DNA from: an uncultured Chloroflexia bacterium
Lineage (GTDB): Bacteria; Chloroflexota; Dehalococcoidia; DSTF01; JALHUB01
Assembly: GCA_963703345.1 (NCBI GenBank)
Contig: OY969814.1
Span: 1,961,130 to 2,025,129, forward strand
Direction of reading: 5' to 3'
Length of the DNA stretch: 64,000 nt
Program-made: the position numbers and the translations under genes
The notes under the pieces: generated by a model
Seen by the model: only the letters and a program-made list of their open reading frames with translations
Told to the model about the DNA's origin: nothing
Database searches by the model: none
Part shown: piece by piece, positions 52,268-62,642 of the stretch
Layout of the letters: every line of letters begins with the position of its first letter
Numbering within the stretch: position 1 is the stretch's first letter

Positions 52268-53710
52268 ATGCGCGATCTCGTTTCCCGCGCGCTCGATACA
52301 GCCAGGCAGCAGGGCGCCACTTACGCCGACGTTCGCGTTGTGGACACGCGCGCGGAGTCGATTACGGTCCGCGGCCCGCATGTCGAGGGGCTGACGGCCG
52401 ATGAAGGCCTCGGCTTCGGCGTGCGTGTGATTGTCGACGGCTACTGGGGATTCGCGGGAAGCCACCGCGTGACGGCAGCCGAGGCGGACCGGGCAGCGGC
52501 GCAGGCGGTGACGATAGCGCGGGCGTCGGCGCGGGCAGGCGGCCCAAGGGCGACAATCGGCCCACCGGAAGTCCACAGCGACAACTATCGCACTCCCTTT
52601 CGCATAGACCCCTTCGCCGTGTCGCTCGACGACAAGATAGCGCTCCTCCTGCGCACGAACGAGGCGATGATGCGGGTGAAGGGCGTCGTGATCGCGGAGT
52701 CGAACGTCTACTACCAGCGGGAGAAGAAGGTCTTTGGCAGCAGCGAGGGGAGCCTCATCGAGCAGGAGCTGCTGGAGACGGGCTGCGGCATCGAGGCGAC
52801 GGCTGTCGACGAGGGCGAAGTGCAGCAGCGGTCCTACCCCAACAGCGTCGGGCGGCACCAGGGCACCGAGGGCTGGGAGTTCGTGGAGCGCTACGACCTG
52901 GCGGGCAACGCGCAGCGGGTCGCGGAAGAGGCGTCGGCGCTGCTGACGGCCAAGCCCTGTCCGGCGGGCGTCATGACCGTAATTCTCGACGGCAGCCAGC
53001 TCGGATTGCAGGTACATGAGAGCTGCGGGCACGCGACGGAGCTGGACCGCGTGCTCGGCACCGAGGCGGCCTACGCGGGCACGAGCTTCCTGACGACCGA
53101 CAAGCTGGGCTCCTTCCGCTATGGCTCGCCGGTGGTGAACCTGACAGCGGACGCGACGATCCCCGGCGGCCTCGGCACGTTCGGCTACGACGACGAGGGC
53201 GTGCCGGCGCAGCGAACGCCGCTGGTGGCAGACGGGCTGTTCGTCGGCTACCTGACGTCGCGGGAGACGGCGGCGGCGATAGGACAGCGGAGCAACGGGG
53301 CGATGCGCGCCTCGGGCTGGAACCGCATTCCGCTGATCCGCATGACGAACGTCAACCTGGAGCCGGGCGATTGGACGCTGGAAGCGCTCATCGCGGACAC
53401 GGATGATGGGATATACATGGAGACGAACCGGAGCTGGAGCATCGACCAGCGACGGCTCAACTTTCAGTTCGGCACAGAGCTGGCGCGCGAGATCAAGAAC
53501 GGCAAGCTGGGCGACCTGGTGAAGAACGCGACCTACACCGGCATCACGCCTCAGTTCTGGGGGAGCTGCGACGCCGTCTGCAACCGCGACCACTGGGTCG
53601 TCTGGGGCACGCCGAACTGCGGCAAGGGGCAGCCGGAGCAGGTGGCGCACACCGGCCACGGGACGTCGCCGGCGCGCTTTCGCAACGTTCAAGTCGGCGT
53701 CTTGAAGTAG
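52268..53710 (+). CDS. tldD: metalloprotease TldD
   Basis: TldD/PmbA fold; HESCGHATELD motif; SD taaggagg. Confidence 0.9.
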   Translation: MRDLVSRALDTARQQGATYADVRVVDTRAESITVRGPHVEGLTADEGLGFGVRVIVDGYWGFAGSHRVTAAEADRAAAQAVTIARASARAGGPRATIGPPEVHSDNYRTPFRIDPFAVSLDDKIALLLRTNEAMMRVKGVVIAESNVYYQREKKVFGSSEGSLIEQELLETGCGIEATAVDEGEVQQRSYPNSVGRHQGTEGWEFVERYDLAGNAQRVAEEASALLTAKPCPAGVMTVILDGSQLGLQVHESCGHATELDRVLGTEAAYAGTSFLTTDKLGSFRYGSPVVNLTADATIPGGLGTFGYDDEGVPAQRTPLVADGLFVGYLTSRETAAAIGQRSNGAMRASGWNRIPLIRMTNVNLEPGDWTLEALIADTDDGIYMETNRSWSIDQRRLNFQFGTELAREIKNGKLGDLVKNATYTGITPQFWGSCDAVCNRDHWVVWGTPNCGKGQPEQVAHTGHGTSPARFRNVQVGVLK

Positions 53711-53731
53711 CCCGGGAAGGCAGAGGATATA

Positions 53732-55069
53732 ATGCTGCCCGACGAGACAGAGCTCAAGAACATCGGCGACCGCCTGCTGGCGATGAGCCGCGCCGACCAG
53801 ACGGAGGTGCTTCTCTTCGCGACGCAGTCGGCGCTCACCCGCTTCGCGAACAGCTACATTCACCAGAACGTCGAGGAGACCGGCGTCGAGGTCAGCGTGC
53901 GCGCCGTCATCGGCAAGAAGATCGGCGTGGCCGGCACGAACATGCTCTCCGACGAGTCGCTGCGGGCGCTGGTGGAGCGGGCGGCGGCGCTGGCGGAGCA
54001 TCAGAAAGAGAACGAGGACTTCCGCTCGCTGCCGGGGCCAGAGCCCGTGCGGCGCATCGACGCCTGGGTCGAGCAGACAGCGGCGTTCTCGCCGGACGAC
54101 CGGGCGGGCGTGGTCGCCGTCATTTGCGACGCGGCCCGGAACGCCGGTGTCACGGCGGCGGGCGCTTTTCGCACGTCGGGCAGCGCCGTCGCGATCGCGA
54201 ACTCGCTGGGCATCTTCGCCTATCACCGCGAGACGAGCGCGGACATCAACACAACGATGATGGCCGACGGCAGCGGCTACGCGGCGCGCATTTCGCTGAA
54301 CGTGGGCGAGATCGACGGCAAGGCGCTGGCGGCGGAGGCCATCGACAAGTGTCTGCGCAGCGCGAACCCCGTTTCGCTGGAGCCCGGCGAGTACGACGTC
54401 ATTCTGGAGGACTACGCGACTTCCGACATCCTGGACTATCTTGCCTACCTCGCGTTCGGGGCGCAGCCGTACCAGGAGAAGCGCAGCTTTATGTCGGGGC
54501 GGCTTGGAGAGCGGGTGGTCGGGGAGAACATATCGATTTGGGACGACGGGCTATCCCCGGAGACGATGCCGATGCCGTTCGACTTCGAGGGCGTGCCGAA
54601 GCGGCGCGTCGAGCTGATTTCGGACGGTGTGGCGAAGGGCGTCGTCTGTGACAGCTACTACGGCGGCAAGGAGGGCAAGCCTTCGACGGGCCACGCGCTG
54701 CCGGCGGGACTGACGTACGGGCCAATGCCGTCGAACCTCTTCCTGAAAGCGGGCGAGGCGACCATCGACGACATGCTGGCGTCGACGGAGCGGGGCATCT
54801 GGGTGAGCCGCTTCTGGTATACGCGGCCGGTGCATCCGCTGAAGCTGATCGTGACGGGCATGACGCGTGACGGCACGTTCCTCATCGAGAAGGGGCGGAT
54901 CACGGCGCCGATCAAGAACCTTCGCTTTACGCAGGGCTACCTGGACGCGCTCAGCCGGGTCGAGATGATCGGGCGGGAAACGCGACTGCAGCAGGGGATG
55001 ATCGGGGTGAGCCGGGTGCCGGCGTTGAAGGTCAAGGGCTGGAACTTCAGCGGCGCCACGGAGTTCTAG
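53732..55069 (+). CDS. pmbA: metalloprotease PmbA/TldE
   Basis: Paralogous TldD/PmbA family protein directly downstream of tldD. Confidence 0.85.
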   Translation: MLPDETELKNIGDRLLAMSRADQTEVLLFATQSALTRFANSYIHQNVEETGVEVSVRAVIGKKIGVAGTNMLSDESLRALVERAAALAEHQKENEDFRSLPGPEPVRRIDAWVEQTAAFSPDDRAGVVAVICDAARNAGVTAAGAFRTSGSAVAIANSLGIFAYHRETSADINTTMMADGSGYAARISLNVGEIDGKALAAEAIDKCLRSANPVSLEPGEYDVILEDYATSDILDYLAYLAFGAQPYQEKRSFMSGRLGERVVGENISIWDDGLSPETMPMPFDFEGVPKRRVELISDGVAKGVVCDSYYGGKEGKPSTGHALPAGLTYGPMPSNLFLKAGEATIDDMLASTERGIWVSRFWYTRPVHPLKLIVTGMTRDGTFLIEKGRITAPIKNLRFTQGYLDALSRVEMIGRETRLQQGMIGVSRVPALKVKGWNFSGATEF

Positions 55070-55280
55070 CGGCTGAAAACGTCTTCTGGACGGCGCCCCA
55101 AACTGCGTGCCGGCAAGACGCTCGTAGGCCAGGCTTTCCAGCCTGGCCGCAAATTCCCGCCGAGACTGGAAAGTCTCGGCTACGGTGGTCTGTCGTAACG
55201 CGGCGTGAATGCGAGGGGGAAACGCCACCGCGGGCTTCAGCCAGCGGCATTACGCCGATAGGCGTTCGAAGAGGGGAAAG

Positions 55281-56162
55281 ATGATCCTGATAACCGGCGG
55301 CACTGGCTTCATTGGGCGGCATCTGGTCGCGCGACTGGCAACCGGCGGCGAGCGCGTGCGCATCGCGGCGCGCGGCGAGCGCAAGGCAGACCTGCCGGAG
55401 GGCGTCGAGCAGGCGCGGGCGGACGTCGTGAGCGGCGAGGGGCTACCGGAGGCTATGGCCGGCGTCGAGAAGGTCGTGAACCTGGTCGGCGTGATCACGG
55501 AGAAGGGCTCGCAGGGCTTCGATGCGGTGATCCGCGGCGGAACGGCGGGCATCGTCGACGAGGCGGAGCGCGCGGGCGTCAAGAAGCTGGTCTATGTCAG
55601 CGCGATCGGCGCCGCGCCGGACCCGAAGTTCCCCTACTGGCACGCGAAGTGGCAGGCGGAGCAGGCGGTGACGGCCAGTCGCCTGAACTACACGATCCTG
55701 CGCCCGTCGCTGGTCTTCGGGCCGGAGGACGATTTCTTCAATCGGCTGGCGCGCCTCATCCGTCGCGTGCCCGTCGTGCCGGTTGCCGGCGACGGCAAGA
55801 CGCGCTTTCAGCCGATATGGGTGGAGGACGTGGTGAGCTGCATCGTCGCCAGTCTCGGCGAAGGGACGCATGACCGCGAGACGCTGGAGATCGGCGGGCC
55901 GGAGTACTTCACCTATGATGAGATAATCGACCTCATCGGCGAGACGCTGGGAGGACGGAAGCGGAAGGCGCACCTCCCGCTCTGGCTGATGCGTCCGGCG
56001 GCGCGCGTCATGCAATCGCTCCTGCCGAATCCGCCGGTGACGACGGACCAGCTCGCGATGCTGTCGAAGGACAACGTGACGGAGCTGGACGCGGTGCGCA
56101 GGGCGTTCGGGTTCGCGCCGAGGTCGCCCCGAGAAGGGCTGGTCGAGCAACTGAGCGGATAA
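55281..56162 (+). CDS. NAD(P)-dependent epimerase/dehydratase-family (atypical SDR, NmrA/complex-I-NDUFA9-like) oxidoreductase
   Basis: MILITGGTGFIGRHLV Rossmann motif; SD gaggggaaag. Confidence 0.8.
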   Translation: MILITGGTGFIGRHLVARLATGGERVRIAARGERKADLPEGVEQARADVVSGEGLPEAMAGVEKVVNLVGVITEKGSQGFDAVIRGGTAGIVDEAERAGVKKLVYVSAIGAAPDPKFPYWHAKWQAEQAVTASRLNYTILRPSLVFGPEDDFFNRLARLIRRVPVVPVAGDGKTRFQPIWVEDVVSCIVASLGEGTHDRETLEIGGPEYFTYDEIIDLIGETLGGRKRKAHLPLWLMRPAARVMQSLLPNPPVTTDQLAMLSKDNVTELDAVRRAFGFAPRSPREGLVEQLSG

Positions 56163-56212
56163 GCGACGGCGTCACTCCCTGGTCGCGATATGCGCACGCC
56201 GGACTGGGAAGG

Positions 56213-56551
56213 TCAGACCTCTTCGCTGAAGAGCTCCACGAAGAGGCGCCGAACGTCCGCCTGAACCGACGCTTCGAACTGGGAGTACAGGGCGAGCACG
56301 CGCTCGCCGACGGGCCTGAGGTGGGTGCTGCCGCCGCCGGCGCCGCCGACTTCGCTTTCGACGAGACGGACGCCGAGGTTTTCTTCGATCTCGCGTATCT
56401 TTCCCCAAGCGCGTCGATAGGAGAGGCCCATGCGTCGCGCGGCTTCAGCGAGCGAGCCGGTCTCGTCGATGTGCTGGAGCAGCCGCACGCGATAGCCGCT
56501 GAGAACGATTGCGCCATCCTTTTCGACCCAGAGCTTTAGCTTCGGTTCCAT
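56213..56551 (-). CDS. ModE-N-terminal-like winged-helix (LysR_N-like) DNA-binding protein
   Basis: LSGYRVRLLQHIDETGSLAEAARRMGLSYRRAWGKIREIEENLGVRLVE. Confidence 0.7.
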   Translation of the reverse strand: MEPKLKLWVEKDGAIVLSGYRVRLLQHIDETGSLAEAARRMGLSYRRAWGKIREIEENLGVRLVESEVGGAGGGSTHLRPVGERVLALYSQFEASVQADVRRLFVELFSEEV

Positions 56552-56832
56552 GGCTTCAGTTTGGCGTGAAGGAAAGGATGGGTCAACGTCCGAAAGGAGG
56601 AACAGCGGCGACTTCAGGCGGCGGTTCGGCCTGGGATGACGCTCGGGAGTGTTAGTGGGCCGTTCGGCAACCCGGACTGCCTGTCCGCCAAAGGTGGAGC
56701 CCCGAACCCACGTCGCTACCAGGAATTCCTTTTACGACTCGCAAACTGGTGCGCCAACGTCGCAGAGGCGCCGCCCGGCGTAGGTGTCGCGGTGTCGTCG
56801 CTCGACACGGGTGAACGACGCGGTCTGATGGG

Positions 56833-57462
56833 CTACCGGCCGACCTTCGTCCTGACTTCGAAGTGCTCGGAAGGCGGACGGTCGCCCGGCGGACGCTGCT
56901 CGGGGAGTGGACTGCCCGCGAGGCCGACGATATGCAGGTCGGAGAGGTCGGTGTAGCGTGGCAAGAGCTTCTGGAGAAGCATGCCGGCGAAGGGGGCGAG
57001 GGCGTTGGCGAGCGTCACGGCGAGGACGACGTTCAGCAGGTTCAGTCGCCCGGTGCCGAGAAGGATGCCGAAGAAGGCGAGTGCGGCGAGCAGCCCGGCG
57101 GTGACGATGGCGGTGACGCAGCGTCGGTGGACGGCGAGACGTCGCTCCCCGGCGCGGAGGCGTCGCAGCCCTTCTTGCGCGGCGAGAAGGATGATGTCCG
57201 GCGGAGCGATGCCGTCGAGGGTGAAACCGCGGTCACGGGAGACGCCGTTCAGGCCGCTGGGGCCAAAGCGCTCTTCGATCACGTTCATGGTGGCGTGCTT
57301 TAGCGCCTCGTTGCGCCGGACAGACTCGTTTGTGAAAAGCGACGCCGCCTGTCGCGGGATGAGGAGGACGCTGGAGAGAGCGCGCACGGTGAACCCGAAG
57401 ACGACGAGCATCAGCAGGAAGACGATGGCGACGAGGAGCAGGGCGAAGAAGAGCAGTATCAT
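56833..57462 (-). CDS. hypothetical membrane protein (N-terminal TM hairpin, cytoplasmic domain, C-terminal TM segments)
   Basis: Hydrophobicity pattern only. Confidence 0.5.
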   Translation of the reverse strand: MILLFFALLLVAIVFLLMLVVFGFTVRALSSVLLIPRQAASLFTNESVRRNEALKHATMNVIEERFGPSGLNGVSRDRGFTLDGIAPPDIILLAAQEGLRRLRAGERRLAVHRRCVTAIVTAGLLAALAFFGILLGTGRLNLLNVVLAVTLANALAPFAGMLLQKLLPRYTDLSDLHIVGLAGSPLPEQRPPGDRPPSEHFEVRTKVGR

Positions 57463-57652
57463 TTTCCCGACCTACCGGAGCGTCCTTCCGCGTGAAGTAT
57501 ACTCCACTCGCCTAAGGATCGCCAGGCGACGCTGATGGGAACATCAGGATTCATCCTGACGGGAGAAGATGCGCGGGCCCCATGCGGTTGCGCATCGGGT
57601 CCCGAGAGCGCGAGCGGTACTTCGCTATGAGCGTCTTCGATTCTTGGCGACA

Positions 57653-57748
57653 CTACTCGCCTTCGGCCAGCTCGCGGGACCACCACTGCCAGCCGAGGTA
57701 CAATCCGCTCAGGACGAGGGACAGTCCGATAACCACTGTGCTCAACAT
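57653..57748 (-). CDS. possible 31-aa single-TM micro-protein (MLSTVVIGLSLVLSGLYLGWQWWSRELAEGE)
   Basis: Strong SD GGAGGAG 6 nt before the ATG; upstream of and co-oriented with the membrane protein. Confidence 0.3.
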   Translation of the reverse strand: MLSTVVIGLSLVLSGLYLGWQWWSRELAEGE

Positions 57749-57934
57749 TCTCTCCTCCAGCATCCAACACATATGTTCTGCAATGACCCGATAATAGAAC
57801 GGGCGTGCTGTCTTGTCAAGGGCCCCGGCCGGTTTTTTCTTGACGGACAACACGACGAGATGCTAGTAATCGATTAGAGGCCGCCATGACGGTGCTCGTC
57901 CCCGGGCAGCGCTCGGGCGGTGGACGGAGGAGCC

Positions 57935-58681
57935 ATGACGCGACAGCCGCCGCTGGAACTGACATTCCTGGGATCGGGTAACGCCTTCGTCCGCGACCGC
58001 TACTGGAGTTCTTTCGTCCTCAACCGTCGCTATCTCTTCGACGCGCCGCCGACGCTGCTGCCGCACCTCCACAAGCTCGGCATCCCGACGCTGGATATCG
58101 CCGCCGTGTTCATCAGCCACTTTCACGCCGACCACTTCTTCGGGCTGCCCTTCCTCTTTCTCGACTACGAGCACGTGACCGCGCGCACCGAGGACCTGAC
58201 AATCGTCGGGCCGGCGGGCACGCAGCGGCTGATGGAGGAGATATCGCAGCTAGGATTTCCGGGGCTGACGCGGGGGAAGCAGCCCTACCGTCGCCTTTAC
58301 GTCGAAGTGGGAGACGGCGGCGAAGGCACGGCGGCGGGCCTTCCGTTCCGGGCCGTCGCCGTCGAGCAGTCGAGCGAGAACTCCCTGGAATGCCTGGGCT
58401 ACAGGGTGAACGCCGGCGGACGCGTACTCAGCTACACGGGCGATACTGTGATGTGCGAGGGCGTGCGGGAGCTTGCGCGCGGCGCCGACGCCCTGGTCAT
58501 CGACTGCTCTTGCTGGCAGGAGCCCTGCGAGCACCACCTCAGCTTCGACGAGATACGTCGCTTCCGCGAGGAGGTGCCGCTCGAGACGACGTTCGTCATC
58601 ACGCACCTCGAGGCGGGCCGGCCGGACATCGACATCGAGGGCATCATCGTCGCGGAGGACTTTGCCACGGTGCGGCTCTAG
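57935..58681 (+). CDS. MBL-fold metallo-hydrolase (RNase Z/ElaC-like or PhnP-like)
   Basis: ISHFHADHFFGLPFL; no signal peptide; 249 aa. Confidence 0.75.
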   Translation: MTRQPPLELTFLGSGNAFVRDRYWSSFVLNRRYLFDAPPTLLPHLHKLGIPTLDIAAVFISHFHADHFFGLPFLFLDYEHVTARTEDLTIVGPAGTQRLMEEISQLGFPGLTRGKQPYRRLYVEVGDGGEGTAAGLPFRAVAVEQSSENSLECLGYRVNAGGRVLSYTGDTVMCEGVRELARGADALVIDCSCWQEPCEHHLSFDEIRRFREEVPLETTFVITHLEAGRPDIDIEGIIVAEDFATVRL

Positions 58682-58855
58682 CGGGCCGGGGAACGTTCGC
58701 GCGCCTTTCCAATGGTTTAGACATTGCAAAGTTTCTAATCTCGATGCGATAATAGATCTGAGCTTCGCGACCGGCAGAGTGGTTGCGGACAAACAGAATT
58801 CATTGTATCTACTCATTATTGTCCCTGGATCTTAGCTAGCCAAAGAGGATGACTT

Positions 58856-60832
58856 ATGGCTGAAAAAACAGCGCAGAAGGCGTTCCCCTACCCTGGAAAC
58901 CCGTCGACCAGCGACGGAACGGGCATGATCGTCTGGGTGGAGACGCACATCAGCCAGGGGGCGTGCGTCTACCCGATTACGCCCTCCAGCGGCATGGGCG
59001 AGGGCTACGCCGACGAGGTGTCGAACGGGCGCAAGAACCTCTGGGACGAGACGCTCGCCCTTGTGGAGCCGGAGTCGGAGCACAGCTCGGCCTCGGCCTG
59101 CGAGGGGTTTGCGGCAGCGGGCGGTCGCGTCACGAACTTCACCTGCGGACAGGGGCTCATCCTCATGAAGGAGGTCCTATATACCATCGCCGGAAAGCGT
59201 CTGCCGGCGGTCTTCAACATCGGCGCACGGGCGCTGACCTCGCAATCGCTGAACATTCACTCCGGCCACGACGACGTCATGGGCGTCGCGGACTGCGGCT
59301 GGGGCATTCTCTTCGCCCGCAACGCGCAGGAGGCCGGCGACCTGGGCCTGATCGCCCGTCGGGCCGCGGAGGACTCGCGAACGCCGTTCTTCAACTGCCA
59401 GGACGGCTTCCTGACGACCCACACCGTCGAGAGCGTGCGGATGCCGGAGCCGGAGCTGATGAAGCGGTTCGTGGGGCCGCCGGCCGACAAGCTGAGCAGC
59501 ATCATCGACCCCTACCATCCGATCATGAGCGGCGTGGTGCAGGACATGGACGTCTACATGGTCGGGAAGATCGGCCAGCGCGATTTCTATGACAAGGTTC
59601 CCGCCGCTCTGCAGGCGGCGATGGACGAGTACTACGAGCTGACGGGGCGTCGCTATGGGATGGTGATGCCTTACCGGCTGGAGGACGCCGAGTACGCGCT
59701 TGTCGGCATGGGCTCGGCGATGGACACGGCGGTCGCCACGGTCGATTACCTGCGCGAGAAGAAGGGACTGCGCGTGGGGCTGCTGACGATAACGGCGTTC
59801 CGGCCTTTCCCCGGCCCGCAGATCGTGGAGGCGCTGAAGCACGTCAAGGCGTTCAGCGTGCTGGAGAAGCTGGACGTGCCGCTGGGACAGTCGAACCCGC
59901 TGGCGGCGGAGGTTAAGGCGTCCTTTGCCGACGCGCTGACCGGTCGCCCGGGGTATCCGCGGATCGAGAAGATGCCCGTCGTCTACGCGGGTTGCGGCGG
60001 CCTGGGCAGTCGCGACGTGCGGCCGGGCCACATCGTCGCCATCTTCGAGAACATGCGCAAGCCGGACGGCAAGCGCTTCTTCACGCTGAACGTCAACCAT
60101 CCGACCGCGCTCCCGCCCGTCGAGGACCCGGACGTGCGCCCCCCAGGCTCGTTCTCAATGCGCGGGCACTCTGTCGGCGGCTACGGATCGATTACGACGA
60201 ACAAGATCATCGCTTCAATATCGTCCGACCTGTTCGGGCTTTACGCGCAGGCTTACCCGCGCTACGGCGCCGAGAAGAAGGGCCTGCCGACGAGCTACTA
60301 CCTGACGCTGGCGAAGGACGTCATCCGGCCGCACTGCGAGACGAAGTTCGTCGAGTTCGTGCCTGTGAACGACGTCAACGCCTTCCGCACCGGCAATCCG
60401 CTCGCCGGCCTGGCGGAGGGCGGCACGATATTCATCCAGACCCCGAAGACGGCGCCGGCGGACGTGTGGGCGGACATTCCGGAGAGCGCGCAGGCGACGA
60501 TACGGGCGAAGAACATCCGCGTCCTGGCGCTGGACACGGCGAAGATCGCGGAGGAGGTGGCGTCCCGGCCGGACCTCGTGCAGCGCATGCAAGGCGTCGC
60601 GCTACTGGGCGTATTCCTACGCTACACGCCCTTCCTCAAGGAGGCGCCGGTCAGCGACACGGAGCTGTTCAAGCGCATCGAGAAGTCGCTGCGGAAGTAC
60701 TTCGGCGGCCGCGGCGAGAGAGTAATTCAGGACAACGTGGAGTGCGTGCGCCGCGGTTTCAGCGAAGTATTCGAGATACCACCTGAGGTGAAGGCGGAAG
60801 CCGCCGGCGGCAAGCCGTCGCGAAAGGCATAA
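58856..60832 (+). CDS. 2-oxoacid (pyruvate):ferredoxin oxidoreductase, alpha-type subunit (PFOR domains I-III fused)
   Basis: GNPSTSDGTGMIVWVETHISQGACVYPITPSSGMGEGYADEVSNGRKNLWDE is the PFOR domain-I signature; CoA-binding/gamma-like region follows. Confidence 0.85.
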   Translation: MAEKTAQKAFPYPGNPSTSDGTGMIVWVETHISQGACVYPITPSSGMGEGYADEVSNGRKNLWDETLALVEPESEHSSASACEGFAAAGGRVTNFTCGQGLILMKEVLYTIAGKRLPAVFNIGARALTSQSLNIHSGHDDVMGVADCGWGILFARNAQEAGDLGLIARRAAEDSRTPFFNCQDGFLTTHTVESVRMPEPELMKRFVGPPADKLSSIIDPYHPIMSGVVQDMDVYMVGKIGQRDFYDKVPAALQAAMDEYYELTGRRYGMVMPYRLEDAEYALVGMGSAMDTAVATVDYLREKKGLRVGLLTITAFRPFPGPQIVEALKHVKAFSVLEKLDVPLGQSNPLAAEVKASFADALTGRPGYPRIEKMPVVYAGCGGLGSRDVRPGHIVAIFENMRKPDGKRFFTLNVNHPTALPPVEDPDVRPPGSFSMRGHSVGGYGSITTNKIIASISSDLFGLYAQAYPRYGAEKKGLPTSYYLTLAKDVIRPHCETKFVEFVPVNDVNAFRTGNPLAGLAEGGTIFIQTPKTAPADVWADIPESAQATIRAKNIRVLALDTAKIAEEVASRPDLVQRMQGVALLGVFLRYTPFLKEAPVSDTELFKRIEKSLRKYFGGRGERVIQDNVECVRRGFSEVFEIPPEVKAEAAGGKPSRKA

Positions 60833-60836
60833 GAGC

Positions 60837-62423
60837 ATGGCTACAGCTTCGAAGAACAAAGACAAGATGACCAAGGACAGCGGCTTCCCGGAGAAGGAGC
60901 AGTTCCTGGAGAAAGTGCTTGGCGCCTATCGCCACGGGCACGGCGCCGACGACCTGCCCTCCGACGCGGAGGCGGCGCGAGCCCTAATCCCGCCCGGAAC
61001 GGCCGCCCTGCGCGACTTCAGCTACATCGCGCCGGAGTTCCCGACCTTCATTACCGAGAATTGCGTCGGCTGCATGGAGTGCGTGACCGCCTGCCCGGAT
61101 ACGGCGATCCTGGCGAAAGTGATCGGCAAGTCGGACATGGAGAAAGAGCTGGCGGCGGTCGGCGACGCGACGGAGCGGACCCGGCTGCGCAAGCGCTTCG
61201 CGGAGACGACGAAGTACGCGGGCGTGTTCGAGAAGCGCGGCGAAGAGGGCGGCATGTTCGGCCTGTTCGTCGACCCAACGAAGTGCAAGGGCTGCGGCGA
61301 GTGCGTCGAGGTATGCGGCACCCACGAGGCGCTGGCGATGGTACGCAAGACGCCGCCGGAGGTCGAGGCCTACAAGCGCGAGGTCGCTTTCATGCGCAAG
61401 CTGCCGGAGACGCCGGCGAAGTACATCAGCGGCAAGGCGCTGGCGGACATGATGCTGGCGGACCGGTCGCTGCTCTACGTCGGCGGCGCGGGCTCCTGCA
61501 TGGGCTGCGGCGAAGCGACGTCAATCCGGATGATGCTGGCGGCGACGGGGTTCGTGCACGGGCCGGAGAACATGGCGATCGTGGCCGCCACCGGCTGCAA
61601 CAGCGTCTACGCCTCCAGCTATCCGTTCAACCCGTACCTTGTGCCCTGGACGAACTCGCTGTTCGAGAACGCGATCTCGGACGCGATGGGCGTGCGGCTG
61701 CGCTGGAACCAGATCGGCTGGCAGGACAAGAAGCTGTGGGCCATCGGCGGCGACGGCGCCATCCTGGACATCGGCTTCGGCGCGCTGTCGCGGCTGCTGG
61801 CGTCGGGGATGGACGTTAACGTGATGATTATGGACACGCAGGTCTACTCGAACACGGGCGGGCAGGCGTCTACGGCGACGTACACGGGGCAGGACGCGGA
61901 GATGGCGCCGTTCGGGTCGGCGGTCTCCGGCAAGCAGGAGCGGCGGAAGGAAGTGGGCATAATCGCGATGATGCACCCGGACATCTACGTGGCGCAGACC
62001 ATCACCTCGGACATCAACCACTTCTATCGCTCGATAATGGGGGCGAACGAGTTCAAGGGGCCGTCGGTGGTGAGCGTGTACTGCACTTGCCAGCCGGAGC
62101 ACCAGGTCGCGGACAACATGTCGTCGAAGCAGTCGCGGCTGGCGAAAGACTCGCGTGCCTTCCCGATCTTCATCTACGACCCACGGCAGGGCGCGAGCAT
62201 ACGAGAGCGCCTGAGCCTTCAGGGGAACCCGAATGTGAAAGAGGACTGGTACATCAACCCGAAGACGGAGGAGCCGCTGGACTTCCTGGCGTTCGCGCGG
62301 ACGGAAGGTCGCTTCGGGAAGCAGTTCGACCGCGAGGGGAATCCAAGCGAGACGCTGCTGGCGACGCAGGCGGACAGGTTGGCTTACTGGCGGCTGCTAC
62401 AGGAGCTTGCGGGAATCAGATAG
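60837..62423 (+). CDS. 2-oxoacid:ferredoxin oxidoreductase beta-type subunit with an N-terminal 2x[4Fe-4S] ferredoxin domain and a TPP-binding domain
   Basis: CVGCMECVTACPDTAI and CKGCGECVEVCG (two Fe-S clusters); GDGAILDIGFGALSRLL (TPP GDG motif). Confidence 0.85.
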   Translation: MATASKNKDKMTKDSGFPEKEQFLEKVLGAYRHGHGADDLPSDAEAARALIPPGTAALRDFSYIAPEFPTFITENCVGCMECVTACPDTAILAKVIGKSDMEKELAAVGDATERTRLRKRFAETTKYAGVFEKRGEEGGMFGLFVDPTKCKGCGECVEVCGTHEALAMVRKTPPEVEAYKREVAFMRKLPETPAKYISGKALADMMLADRSLLYVGGAGSCMGCGEATSIRMMLAATGFVHGPENMAIVAATGCNSVYASSYPFNPYLVPWTNSLFENAISDAMGVRLRWNQIGWQDKKLWAIGGDGAILDIGFGALSRLLASGMDVNVMIMDTQVYSNTGGQASTATYTGQDAEMAPFGSAVSGKQERRKEVGIIAMMHPDIYVAQTITSDINHFYRSIMGANEFKGPSVVSVYCTCQPEHQVADNMSSKQSRLAKDSRAFPIFIYDPRQGASIRERLSLQGNPNVKEDWYINPKTEEPLDFLAFARTEGRFGKQFDREGNPSETLLATQADRLAYWRLLQELAGIR

Positions 62424-62546
62424 GTTATGTAAAATAGACGTGGGGATGTGTCGGTCTGGTTGGTAAACAGCACCCCCTGTCGCAACGGCGCGATTTCCCC
62501 GCCACCAGCATCGCGTCGGAGCACCGGCCAGGCCGCCGTTCTCTTC

Positions 62547-62579
62547 GGGTGCGTCCACAACGGGCGCACCCTTTTTATT
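62547..62579 (+). terminator. rho-independent terminator after the OFOR operon
   Basis: GGGTGCG-tccacaacggg-CGCACCC then TTTTTATT. Confidence 0.65.
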
Positions 62580-62642
62580 GCTCACTTCCACCCCTTAGGT
62601 CAAGCATTTTGGCCCACAATCTTTACAGATTATCGCCGCCGG

